DNA of 58,264 nt, counting the filler, from an uncultured bacterium (lineage in GTDB: Bacteria; DAOPZR01): NCBI GenBank assembly GCA_964637655.1. It is 2 parts of 2 records of this genome, joined end to end, with 100 filler letters (N's around TTAATTAATTAA, not from the genome) between each part and the next. Parts side by side here need not be neighbours in the genome. Positions count along the whole stretch, not along the records: positions 1 to 29,264 come from CAZWUZ010000015.1; 1 more part is not named here. One strand, 5' to 3'. The position numbers and the translations under genes were made by a program. The notes beneath the pieces were generated by a model. That model was not told the DNA's origin and ran no database searches. It was given only the letters and a program-made list of their open reading frames with translations. Positions 15,890 to 23,910 of this stretch are shown in pieces (the first letter of the stretch is position 1; the number at the start of each line of letters is the position of its first letter).

Positions 15890-17938
15890 TCAGTCAGTGG
15901 TCTCGCCGCGGCGCAGCAGATCGCGCGCCGCCTGCACCGCGACCGCCGTCCCCGCCAGCGCCAGCGTGTCGCCCACGCCGAGCGGTTCACGGCCCGACGG
16001 TATCGCCACGCCACGCTCGCTGTGAACGATGGCGAGCACGGTTGCATCAGTGCGTCCGCGCAGGTTGAGTTCCGCCAGCGATTTGCCCACCGCGTGGTCG
16101 CGCTCCTGCAGCCGCACCGCCACCGGGTCGCCGATGCCGGGGAGCACCGCCCGCACCGCCGCCAGCGCCTCATCCTCGCTGGCCCGGCCGCCGTGCACCA
16201 TCCGGGCGCGATGCAGCAGCGCCTCGCTGATCGCCTGTGCCCCCGCCGCGAGATGCGCCTGCAGGTCGACCGTCCGCCGCCAGAACACCACCACCCCGGG
16301 CGCCAGCATCAGCACGACCACGAGCGTGCCATAGACCGGCGGCACGAAGGGCTGCACCAGTGCCAGCAGCGGCAGCATCACGACGAGCACCACCGCCGCA
16401 TGCAGCATGGTGACGAGCGCGCGGCGCGGTGCCTCCGCCTGCGGCAGCAGGTTGCCCGCGAGCGGCAGGCAACCGTTGGCCAGCACCAGCGCGAGTTTCT
16501 TGGCATTGACCGCGATACCAAGTGCGAACACCGCCACCAGCGCGGCACAAAGCGCGGCCATCCCGTATTCCGCCTGCGGCGGCAGCCCCGTCGCCAGCAG
16601 CGCCCCGGTGAGGTTGGGCCAGGCGAGCGCTGCCCCGACCACCATGGCCGCGAGCGCCAGCGCGTCGAGGATGATGATCCCCCCGAGCGTGCGGCACTTG
16701 CCGGCCAGCCCCGTCGCCGACCCGCCCGCCGCCACCCAGGAACCGTCCAGCGCGAGGAAGTTCTGCACCGCGGTCGGCAGCGCCCCGTCGATGAACGCCG
16801 CCGTGCGCTTCGACACGGCAATCGCCGCCGGGGTGAGCAGGATGGTCAGCGCCGACACCGCGACAATGACCGAGTAGAGCGCACTGTCGAGCACCCCCGC
16901 CGCGCGCCCGACCCCGGCGATGATGAACGAGAATTCGCCGATCTGCCCCATCGTCATCCCCGCCTGCACCGCGCGGCGCAGCCCGCCCCCGGTGAGAAAG
17001 ACCCCGAGGGTCAGCCCGGTGAACTTGGCGACAATGACCAGCAGCGTCAACCCGAGCACCAGCCGCCAGTGCACGCTGACCGCCTCCGGCACGATCATCA
17101 TCCCCACCGCCACGAAGAAGATGGCGGCGAACAGGTCGCGCAGCGGGCGCACGAGTTTTTCCAGTTCGTAGGTGCGTCCCGCCTCGGCGATGAGCATGCC
17201 GGCGATGAACCCGCCGAGCGCCACCGAGTAGCCGAACCGCTGGGCGAGCAGCGCCACGGCGAAACAGAGCCCGACCCCCGCCACCAGCAGCGTCTCCGCC
17301 CGGCGCAGGCGCTGCACCGCACGGAAGAGCCGCGGCACGACGAGCAGTCCGCCCAGCACCAGCGCCAGCAGGAACGCCGCCAGCCGGGTCGACACGTCCC
17401 CGACCTCCGCCAGCGACAGCCCGCGCCCCGCCCCGACCGCCGTCAGCACCGCGAGCAGCACCACCGCCACGAGATCCTCGACCAGCAGGATGCCGAAGAT
17501 GCGGTCGCGCAGTTCGCGTTCCGGGGGCCGCTCGGCGAACTCGCGCGCGATGATGGTAGTCGAGGAGATGCAGAGCGCGCCGCCGATGAAGAGCGCCGCC
17601 GTCACCGGCAGACCCGCCAGCCGCGCGGCCAGAAACCCGAGCCAGAAACTGATGCCGATTTCGACCACCGCGGTAAAGCCCGCGGTCAGCCCGAGGCGCA
17701 GCAGGCGGCCCAGCGAAAACTCGAGCCCGATGGCGAACATCAGCAGAATGACCCCGAGTTCCGCCAGCGTGTCGACCAGCGCCTCGTCGGCCACCAGCGG
17801 CAGCCCGATATGCGGACCGATGGCCACCCCGGCCAGCAGGTAGCCGAACACCACAGGGAGGCGCAGCCACTGGCAGACGACGGTGGTCACCGCCGCGGTC
17901 GCCAGCACCAGAGCCAGGTTGGGGAGAAAATCGTGCAT
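15890..17938 (-). CDS. CPA2 cation:proton antiporter with C-terminal TrkA-C (RCK_C) domain
   Basis: GYLLAGVAIGP, LMFAIGLEFS, ISSTTII, GILLVEDL, GQIGEFSF; C-terminal VGKSLAELNLRGRTDATVLAI...GDTLALAG. Confidence 0.9.
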   Translation of the reverse strand: MHDFLPNLALVLATAAVTTVVCQWLRLPVVFGYLLAGVAIGPHIGLPLVADEALVDTLAELGVILLMFAIGLEFSLGRLLRLGLTAGFTAVVEIGISFWLGFLAARLAGLPVTAALFIGGALCISSTTIIAREFAERPPERELRDRIFGILLVEDLVAVVLLAVLTAVGAGRGLSLAEVGDVSTRLAAFLLALVLGGLLVVPRLFRAVQRLRRAETLLVAGVGLCFAVALLAQRFGYSVALGGFIAGMLIAEAGRTYELEKLVRPLRDLFAAIFFVAVGMMIVPEAVSVHWRLVLGLTLLVIVAKFTGLTLGVFLTGGGLRRAVQAGMTMGQIGEFSFIIAGVGRAAGVLDSALYSVIVAVSALTILLTPAAIAVSKRTAAFIDGALPTAVQNFLALDGSWVAAGGSATGLAGKCRTLGGIIILDALALAAMVVGAALAWPNLTGALLATGLPPQAEYGMAALCAALVAVFALGIAVNAKKLALVLANGCLPLAGNLLPQAEAPRRALVTMLHAAVVLVVMLPLLALVQPFVPPVYGTLVVVLMLAPGVVVFWRRTVDLQAHLAAGAQAISEALLHRARMVHGGRASEDEALAAVRAVLPGIGDPVAVRLQERDHAVGKSLAELNLRGRTDATVLAIVHSERGVAIPSGREPLGVGDTLALAGTAVAVQAARDLLRRGETTD

Positions 17939-17991
17939 GCCGCCATGGTAGCACAGGCGGGCGGCGCTGACAAATCAGCGACGGGAATGCG

Positions 17992-19485
17992 TCAGGACGC
18001 GGGGACCGACTCCGGGACGGGCTGCTCCAGCTGCGCGATGACCGCCGGCAGCAGCGCGCGATCGGCCAGCAGCTGCAGCGTGTCGTACGGCTCGAGCACC
18101 GTGTGGCCGCGCGGCACGATGAACTCCGTCCCGCGACGGATGAGCAGGATGAGCACGTCGCGCGGCAGCCCGAGCTGCGCGACGCTCCGTCCCACCGCCG
18201 CCATGCCCGGCTCGAGGTCGATTTCGCGCGTCTCGCTCTGCACCCCCGAGCGCCGCTCGAACTCGAGCGGTGAGCGCGGCCGTGCGGCGAGCGGGGCATC
18301 CACCCTGAGCCACCGCGCCACGGGCATCAGCGTCCGCCCCTGCAGCAGCGCCGAGGTCAGCACGACGAAAAAGACGATGTCGAAGAACAGCGCGGAATGC
18401 GCGTAGCCGGCCATGAACGGGTAGGTGGCGAGCACGATGGGGACCGCGCCGCGCAGCCCGGTCCAGGCCACCAGCGTCTTCTCCGCCGCCGCGAAGCCGC
18501 TGCGCCAGAGCACCAGCCAGACCGCGACCGGCCGCGCCACCAGCATGAGAAACAGCGCCAGCAGCAGCGCGGGCACCGCCACCGCCGGCAGCTGGTGCGG
18601 GAAGACCAGCAGGCCGAGCGTGACGAAGAGGATGATCTGCATCAGCCAGCTCAGCCCGTCATGGAACTTGGTCAGGTAGCGCTGATGCGGGAAATCGGTA
18701 TTCCCCAGCACGATGCCGCAGACGTACACGGCGATAAACCCGTTGCCCCGCAGCAGTTCGCTGCTCCCGTAGACGAGCAGCACCACGCTCATGCTCAGCA
18801 CCGGATAGAGCCCCTCGTAGCAGAGCCGCAGGCGGTTGAGCGCGCGCGCCGCCAGCCACCCGCCGGCCACCCCCACCGCCGTGCCGGCCAGCAGGTTGTA
18901 AAGCACCGCGGGGAGCAGCGGCAGCCACGCGGCATCCGGGCGCGACAGCAGCCCGAGGATGCCGACGGTGAGGAAAACCGCCAGCGGGTCGTTGCTCCCC
19001 GATTCGAGTTCGAGCAGCGGCTTGAGCCGCCCGCGCAGCGCCACCCCGCGCGAGCGCAGCACCGAGAAGACCGCCGCGGCATCCGTCGACGAGACGATGG
19101 CGCCGAGCAGCAGCCCGTCGAGCAGCAGGAAGCCGAGCACGCGCCAGGCGAAGAGCCCGACGAGCCCCGCGGTCAGCGCCACCCCGAGCGTGGCGAGCAG
19201 CAGCGCCGGGCGCAGCACCGGGCGCACGCTGCGCCAGTCGGTGTCCATGCCGCCGGCAAACAGGATATAGGCGAGGGCGAACACGCCGACGAGGTTGGCC
19301 ACCGCCGGGTTGTCGAAGTGGATCCCCCCCGGTCCGTCCGAGCCGGCGAGCATGCCGACCGCGAGAAAAACGAGCAGCGCCGGCACCCCGAGCCGGTCGG
19401 AGAGCCGGTTGGCAAGCACGCTGAGCAGGAAGAGCATGCCGACCGCAAAGAGGATATGGTGCGGGGCCGCCAGCAGTTCGTTCAC
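17992..19485 (-). CDS. nhaP2: K+/H+ antiporter NhaP2/CvrA (CPA1) with TrkA-C domain
   Basis: GMLAGSDGPGGI, ILFAGG, SSTDAAAVFSVLR, LELESGSNDP, GLRGAVPIVLATYP; C-terminal RCK_C (IRRG..FIVPRGHTVLEPYD). Confidence 0.92.
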   Translation of the reverse strand: MNELLAAPHHILFAVGMLFLLSVLANRLSDRLGVPALLVFLAVGMLAGSDGPGGIHFDNPAVANLVGVFALAYILFAGGMDTDWRSVRPVLRPALLLATLGVALTAGLVGLFAWRVLGFLLLDGLLLGAIVSSTDAAAVFSVLRSRGVALRGRLKPLLELESGSNDPLAVFLTVGILGLLSRPDAAWLPLLPAVLYNLLAGTAVGVAGGWLAARALNRLRLCYEGLYPVLSMSVVLLVYGSSELLRGNGFIAVYVCGIVLGNTDFPHQRYLTKFHDGLSWLMQIILFVTLGLLVFPHQLPAVAVPALLLALFLMLVARPVAVWLVLWRSGFAAAEKTLVAWTGLRGAVPIVLATYPFMAGYAHSALFFDIVFFVVLTSALLQGRTLMPVARWLRVDAPLAARPRSPLEFERRSGVQSETREIDLEPGMAAVGRSVAQLGLPRDVLILLIRRGTEFIVPRGHTVLEPYDTLQLLADRALLPAVIAQLEQPVPESVPAS

Positions 19486-19504
19486 CGGCGGTGCGCTCCC
19501 GGGC

Positions 19505-21175
19505 TCACGCTTCGCCCCCTGCCGTCACCTGCGCGAAGATGCTGCTGCCGGTCAGCCGGCCGGCGACGATAACCTGGTGCGCCCCCTCCTGCCGCAGGAT
19601 GTCCGCCTCCGCCATGCTCTCCGCCGACAGCAGGTAGCGCGCCCCGGGCGCGAGCCGCCGCAGGTGCGCCAGCAGGCGCCGGTTGGTCGTCCCCTTGAGG
19701 AAGGTGTCCGAAATCGGGCAGATGATCCACGCCGCCCCGGCAATACCGAGATGCTGCAGCGTCTCCGGGTGCGCCACGTCGCCGTAGGCCCAGCGGAAGC
19801 CGCGCGCCGCCAGCGCCTGCCCGTGCGCCGCGTTGAAGTCGACCACCAGCACGCGCTCGCGCAGGTGCGGCGCCCGCTCCGCCAGCACGTCGAGGAACGC
19901 CTCGCCGGTGCGGAAACAGCCGAGCAGCACCAGTTCGTTTTTCGTTTCCCCGTCGCTATCGTCCGTTCCCGCCGCGGTGGCGCCGTGCAGACGCACCCCG
20001 AGCCGCAGCAGGTTCCGCCGCACTCCGCGCGCCAGCGTGTCGTTCCAGGTGATCAGGTAGGGGGCGAGCAGCGAGGTGAGCAGCATCGCGGTCAGCACCG
20101 TCGCGGCAAGGTCGGGCGACACGTGCCCGTACCCGGCCCCGAGCGCGACGATGACCAGCGAGAATTCGCTGACCTGCGCGAGGTTGAACGCGGTCACCAG
20201 CCCGTTGCGCAGCCCGAGACGCAGCAGGTGCGCGACCGGGGCGATGGTGACCAGCCGGCTGACCAGCACGAACGCGGCGATGAGCAGCGCCGTGCCCGTC
20301 ATCCCCCACGTCGGGGCCGGCACCTTCAGCCCGAGGGCGACAAAGAACAGCGTGACGAAAAAATCGCGCACCCCGGCGAGTTTGGCGATGACATCCGCCC
20401 CGTAGGGAAAGGCGGCGATGCTCAGCCCGGCAATCAGCGCGCCCATCTCCTTCGACAGCCCCGCGTGCTCCGCCAGCCCGCAGACGGAGAAACACCAGGC
20501 GAGGGCGGTGAGCAGGACGAGTTCCGGGCTGCGGCAGGCGGCGTGGAACAGGCGGCCGAGCACGTAGCGGCTGACGAGGAACGCGGCCGCCAGCAGCAGC
20601 ACCCCCGCCCCGAGCGAGCCGAGGATGCCCGTCAGGCGCGGGTCAAGCAGGTTGGGCTGCACCGCCATGAACGCGATGGCCCAGACATCCTGCAGCACCA
20701 GCACGCCGACCGTCAGCCGCCCCGCCACGGTGTGCAGTTCGAACTTGTCGTGCAGCATCTTGACGACGATGAGCGTCGAACTGAGCGCCAGCGCCACCGC
20801 GAGGTAGAGCAGGTCGAAGCGCCCCGCCGCGGCCCGGCTCAGCGGCAGGAAGGCCGCCAGCCCGAGCAGCACGCAGGCAACAAACTGCACGCCGCCGAGC
20901 ACGAACATCGCGCGTCCCATACGCGCCAGTTCGCGCAGGTTGATCTCCAGGCCGATGATGAAGAGCAGCAGGATGAGTCCGATCTCGGAGATCAGCTCGA
21001 TGCTCGCCTCGTCGTGCACCAGCCCGAACCCGAGCTGGGTGCCGAGCAGCACGCCGCCGGCGACATAGCCGAGCAGCAGCGGCTGTTTCAGCAGCCGCGC
21101 GCCATGCGCCGCCCCCGCGGCGAAGATAATCCCCAGCCCGATGTCGGTAAGCAGGGTCAGCGCGTGTCCGGGCAT
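19505..21175 (-). CDS. CPA2 (Kef-type) cation:proton antiporter with TrkA-N (RCK_N) domain
   Basis: LLLFIIGLEI, LSSTLIVVKML, GVLVLQD, LAQVSEFS; C-terminal VLLGCFRTG..VVDFN..YGDV Rossmann-like domain. Confidence 0.9.
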   Translation of the reverse strand: MPGHALTLLTDIGLGIIFAAGAAHGARLLKQPLLLGYVAGGVLLGTQLGFGLVHDEASIELISEIGLILLLFIIGLEINLRELARMGRAMFVLGGVQFVACVLLGLAAFLPLSRAAAGRFDLLYLAVALALSSTLIVVKMLHDKFELHTVAGRLTVGVLVLQDVWAIAFMAVQPNLLDPRLTGILGSLGAGVLLLAAAFLVSRYVLGRLFHAACRSPELVLLTALAWCFSVCGLAEHAGLSKEMGALIAGLSIAAFPYGADVIAKLAGVRDFFVTLFFVALGLKVPAPTWGMTGTALLIAAFVLVSRLVTIAPVAHLLRLGLRNGLVTAFNLAQVSEFSLVIVALGAGYGHVSPDLAATVLTAMLLTSLLAPYLITWNDTLARGVRRNLLRLGVRLHGATAAGTDDSDGETKNELVLLGCFRTGEAFLDVLAERAPHLRERVLVVDFNAAHGQALAARGFRWAYGDVAHPETLQHLGIAGAAWIICPISDTFLKGTTNRRLLAHLRRLAPGARYLLSAESMAEADILRQEGAHQVIVAGRLTGSSIFAQVTAGGEA

Positions 21176-21196
21176 CAGGCGGCCGCGACTGCCGGG

Positions 21197-22819
21197 TCAG
21201 TCCTTATCGGTGCGGTGCGCGAGGGCAAAGAACTGCTCCGTGTTTTTGCCCCGGTCACCCGTGCACCAGCTCACCGCGACCAGCACGATAATGGACGCGG
21301 TCACGCCGAAGACACCCGGCCCGCCCGAGGTCGGCAGCCCGACAAACTCCTTGACTCCCGTGAAGAGCAGGACGATGAAGAAGACCGAGACGCACAGCCC
21401 GGTGAGGATGCCGGCAATAACCCCCTGCCGCGTCGCCCGCTTCCACCAGAGCGTTGCCATCATCGCCGGGAAGATGGCGCTCGCCGCAATGCCGAAGGCG
21501 AGCATCACCAGCCAGGCGACGTTCTCCTTCTTCAGCGCCACCGCCAGCACCACGGCGATGGCCGACATCACCAGGGTGGTGATCTTGGCGATGTTCAGTT
21601 CCTGTTTGTCGGTCGCGTTGCGGTTGATGTAGACCTTGTACAGGTCGTGACTGATGGTCGACGCGGTGGTGATCATCAGCCCGGCCGAGGTCGAAAGGAT
21701 GGAGGCTACCGCGCCCGCAGCGCCGATGGCCATCAGCCACGGACCGCCGAGGCGCAGACTGATTTCGAGCACCGCCATGTTCTTGGCCAGGCCGATCCCC
21801 TTGTCACCCTGCGCGATCCACTCGACCAGTTTCGGGTAGATAGCGGGGATGAGCAGGAAGCCGAGGATGATGGCACAGAGGTAGAAGATGCCCAGCGCGA
21901 CGATGCAGAGGGTCACGCTCTTCTTCGCCGCGCGCGCGCTTGGCACGGTGTAGAACATGATAAGGATGTGCGGCAGCCCCGCGGTGCCGAACACCAGCGC
22001 GATGACCGTGCTCACCTGCGCCAGCGTGCTCTTGGTCTTCACCCCGAGGGACAGCGCCCCGGGCGCGTCTGGCATCGCTGCGCGTGCTGCCACCGCCGCC
22101 TGTCCCGGTTCCGCCGCGGCCACCGCGGCCACCGCCGCCTCATTCTTCCCCGCGAGGATGGGCGGTACCGCCTCTTCCGCCAGCTGCAGCATGCGGTCGA
22201 ACGAGCCGTCAGCGACGACCACGAACGCGATACACGTCAGCACCACCATGGTGACGAACAGGAAGAGCGCCTGCAGCACCTGGTTGTAGAGCGTCGCTTT
22301 CATCCCGCCGAAGATGATGTAGATGGAGACGAGCACGCCGACCCCGACCGTCACCCAGATGAAGTTCCAGCCGAGCAGCATCTCAAAGAGCAGTCCCGCC
22401 CCGAGCAGCTGCGGCACGAGGTAGAAGGTCGAGATGACCAGCGTCGAGGTCATCACCGCGAGCTTGATGCGGTCGTCCGGGAAGCGGCGGTGCAGCGCGT
22501 CCGCCACCGTGTAGGAGCCGACGTTGCGCAGCGGCCCGGCGATGAGCAGCAGCACCGCCATATAGCCGCCGAAAAAGCCGATGGAAAGCCAGATGCTGTC
22601 AATGCCGAAGACGCCGATGTCGCCCGAGCAGCCGAGAAAACTCGCTGCCGACAGGTAGCTGCCGACCATGGCGATGCCGACCTGGATCCACGGCACCCCC
22701 TTCCCCGCGACGTAGAAGTCCGCAGTCGAGCGGGTCGATTTCTGCGTCAGCCAGGTGATGATGATCGACGCGGCGACGAAAAAGGCGATGAAGCCGACCA
22801 CCAGTCCGCTGTGTTCCAT
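21197..22819 (-). CDS. actP: Cation/acetate (monocarboxylate) symporter, SSS family
   Basis: DFYVAG, GSYLSAASFLG, YTVAD, FYLVPQ, GGMKAT, FGTAGLPHILIMFYTVP, ISHDLY; follows DUF485. Confidence 0.88.
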   Translation of the reverse strand: MEHSGLVVGFIAFFVAASIIITWLTQKSTRSTADFYVAGKGVPWIQVGIAMVGSYLSAASFLGCSGDIGVFGIDSIWLSIGFFGGYMAVLLLIAGPLRNVGSYTVADALHRRFPDDRIKLAVMTSTLVISTFYLVPQLLGAGLLFEMLLGWNFIWVTVGVGVLVSIYIIFGGMKATLYNQVLQALFLFVTMVVLTCIAFVVVADGSFDRMLQLAEEAVPPILAGKNEAAVAAVAAAEPGQAAVAARAAMPDAPGALSLGVKTKSTLAQVSTVIALVFGTAGLPHILIMFYTVPSARAAKKSVTLCIVALGIFYLCAIILGFLLIPAIYPKLVEWIAQGDKGIGLAKNMAVLEISLRLGGPWLMAIGAAGAVASILSTSAGLMITTASTISHDLYKVYINRNATDKQELNIAKITTLVMSAIAVVLAVALKKENVAWLVMLAFGIAASAIFPAMMATLWWKRATRQGVIAGILTGLCVSVFFIVLLFTGVKEFVGLPTSGGPGVFGVTASIIVLVAVSWCTGDRGKNTEQFFALAHRTDKD

Positions 22820-22823
22820 GGCC

Positions 22824-23087
22824 CTACCTCCAGGTCACGAAGAAGATGACGATGATGATCCACGACACGGGAAAGATCATCAGCGAGAGGAAGAGCCCGA
22901 AGGGCATTCCCAGGAAGAGCGCGCCGGCCAGCCCGGCGAAGGCGGGGGTCTGGATGACCGCCGCGGACACATAAAAGATAAAGAACAGGAAAAACAGGGC
23001 GCTGCAGATGAGCAGGCGGCGGCGGTAATTGCGTGCGGATTCCTCGACTTCCGCGCTGCTCAGCGTCACTTCGTCATGGCCGGCCAT
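22824..23087 (-). CDS. yjcH: DUF485 (YjcH-like) small membrane subunit of ActP
   Basis: 87 aa with two TM helices after an RRR motif, immediately upstream of actP as in yjcH-actP operons. Confidence 0.8.
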   Translation of the reverse strand: MAGHDEVTLSSAEVEESARNYRRRLLICSALFFLFFIFYVSAAVIQTPAFAGLAGALFLGMPFGLFLSLMIFPVSWIIIVIFFVTWR

Positions 23088-23184
23088 GGCGTCCCTCTTC
23101 TTGCTTCGGGTGTGTGGCGCGCGGCCGCAACGCGAACCGCCGGAAAGCAGGACATAGTATCATCACCGACGGGATGGCGTCAAC

Positions 23185-23910
23185 TCAGGCACGGGCGCAG
23201 CGGATAAGCGAACGCAGGCGGGCGAACCAGGACGGTCGCGGCAGGCCGCCGAGCGGATGGACGTGCTGCACCAGGGTGCCGTCGTCACCCAGCACCGCAT
23301 ACCCCTCCCACGCCTCCGCCAGCCCGTGGTACGTGATATCGTCACGCTGCCGCGTATACCAGCAATGATGGTGCGCGAAACACCAGTGGCGGGGGCGGTA
23401 ACGCGCCGCCAGTTCGTCGCCGCGCGCGAACCCCGCCGGCGCGCCGTCCGCGGCCAGCAATCCCGCCCCGCGCGGGCAGTCATGCGAGACAATCAGGTCG
23501 ATGCTCTCCGCCGGCTGCGCCAGCGCGCGGTCAATGTCCGCCTCGCGGATGACCGACGCCGCCGGTGTGCGCCGCGGGTCGATGAACTGCGCCCCGCCCA
23601 GCGCCAGCAGCCGCACCCCGTCCACCGTATGGGCTGTGCCGCGCGGCAGGTGGGTGAAACAGTCCGCGTAAGCCGCCGTCAGTTCCGCGAAACGGGAAAA
23701 ATCCTCGTGGTTGCCCTCGAGGAAGAAGGTCGGCCGCAGAAAGCGCTCGCCGCGGCGCCGGAAATAGTCGTCGAGGTCCGCGGCGAAAAGCCCGAAATCA
23801 CCGAGCGCGATCACCGCCGCCACCGCTTCCCCGGACGCCGCCGCCGCGTGTGCCGCCTGCGCGTTGACCGCCGCGAAATGCCCGTGCAGGTCGCCGAGCA
23901 GCAGGATCAC
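23185..23910 (-). CDS. Calcineurin-like metallophosphoesterase
   Basis: GDLHG, GDFG, GNHE, SHDCP and AHHH (GHxH variant) motifs; GTGA overlap with the upstream gene. Confidence 0.88.
   Translation of the reverse strand: MILLLGDLHGHFAAVNAQAAHAAAASGEAVAAVIALGDFGLFAADLDDYFRRRGERFLRPTFFLEGNHEDFSRFAELTAAYADCFTHLPRGTAHTVDGVRLLALGGAQFIDPRRTPAASVIREADIDRALAQPAESIDLIVSHDCPRGAGLLAADGAPAGFARGDELAARYRPRHWCFAHHHCWYTRQRDDITYHGLAEAWEGYAVLGDDGTLVQHVHPLGGLPRPSWFARLRSLIRCARA

Noticed and set aside
19295-22849. 1184-aa + strand ORF, and similar long ORFs at 16022-18406, 24567-26606, 33056-35539, 35846-37477 and 38451-40355
   Set aside because: Antisense shadows of well-supported genes in high-GC DNA; Arg/Gln/His-rich with no recognisable motifs.
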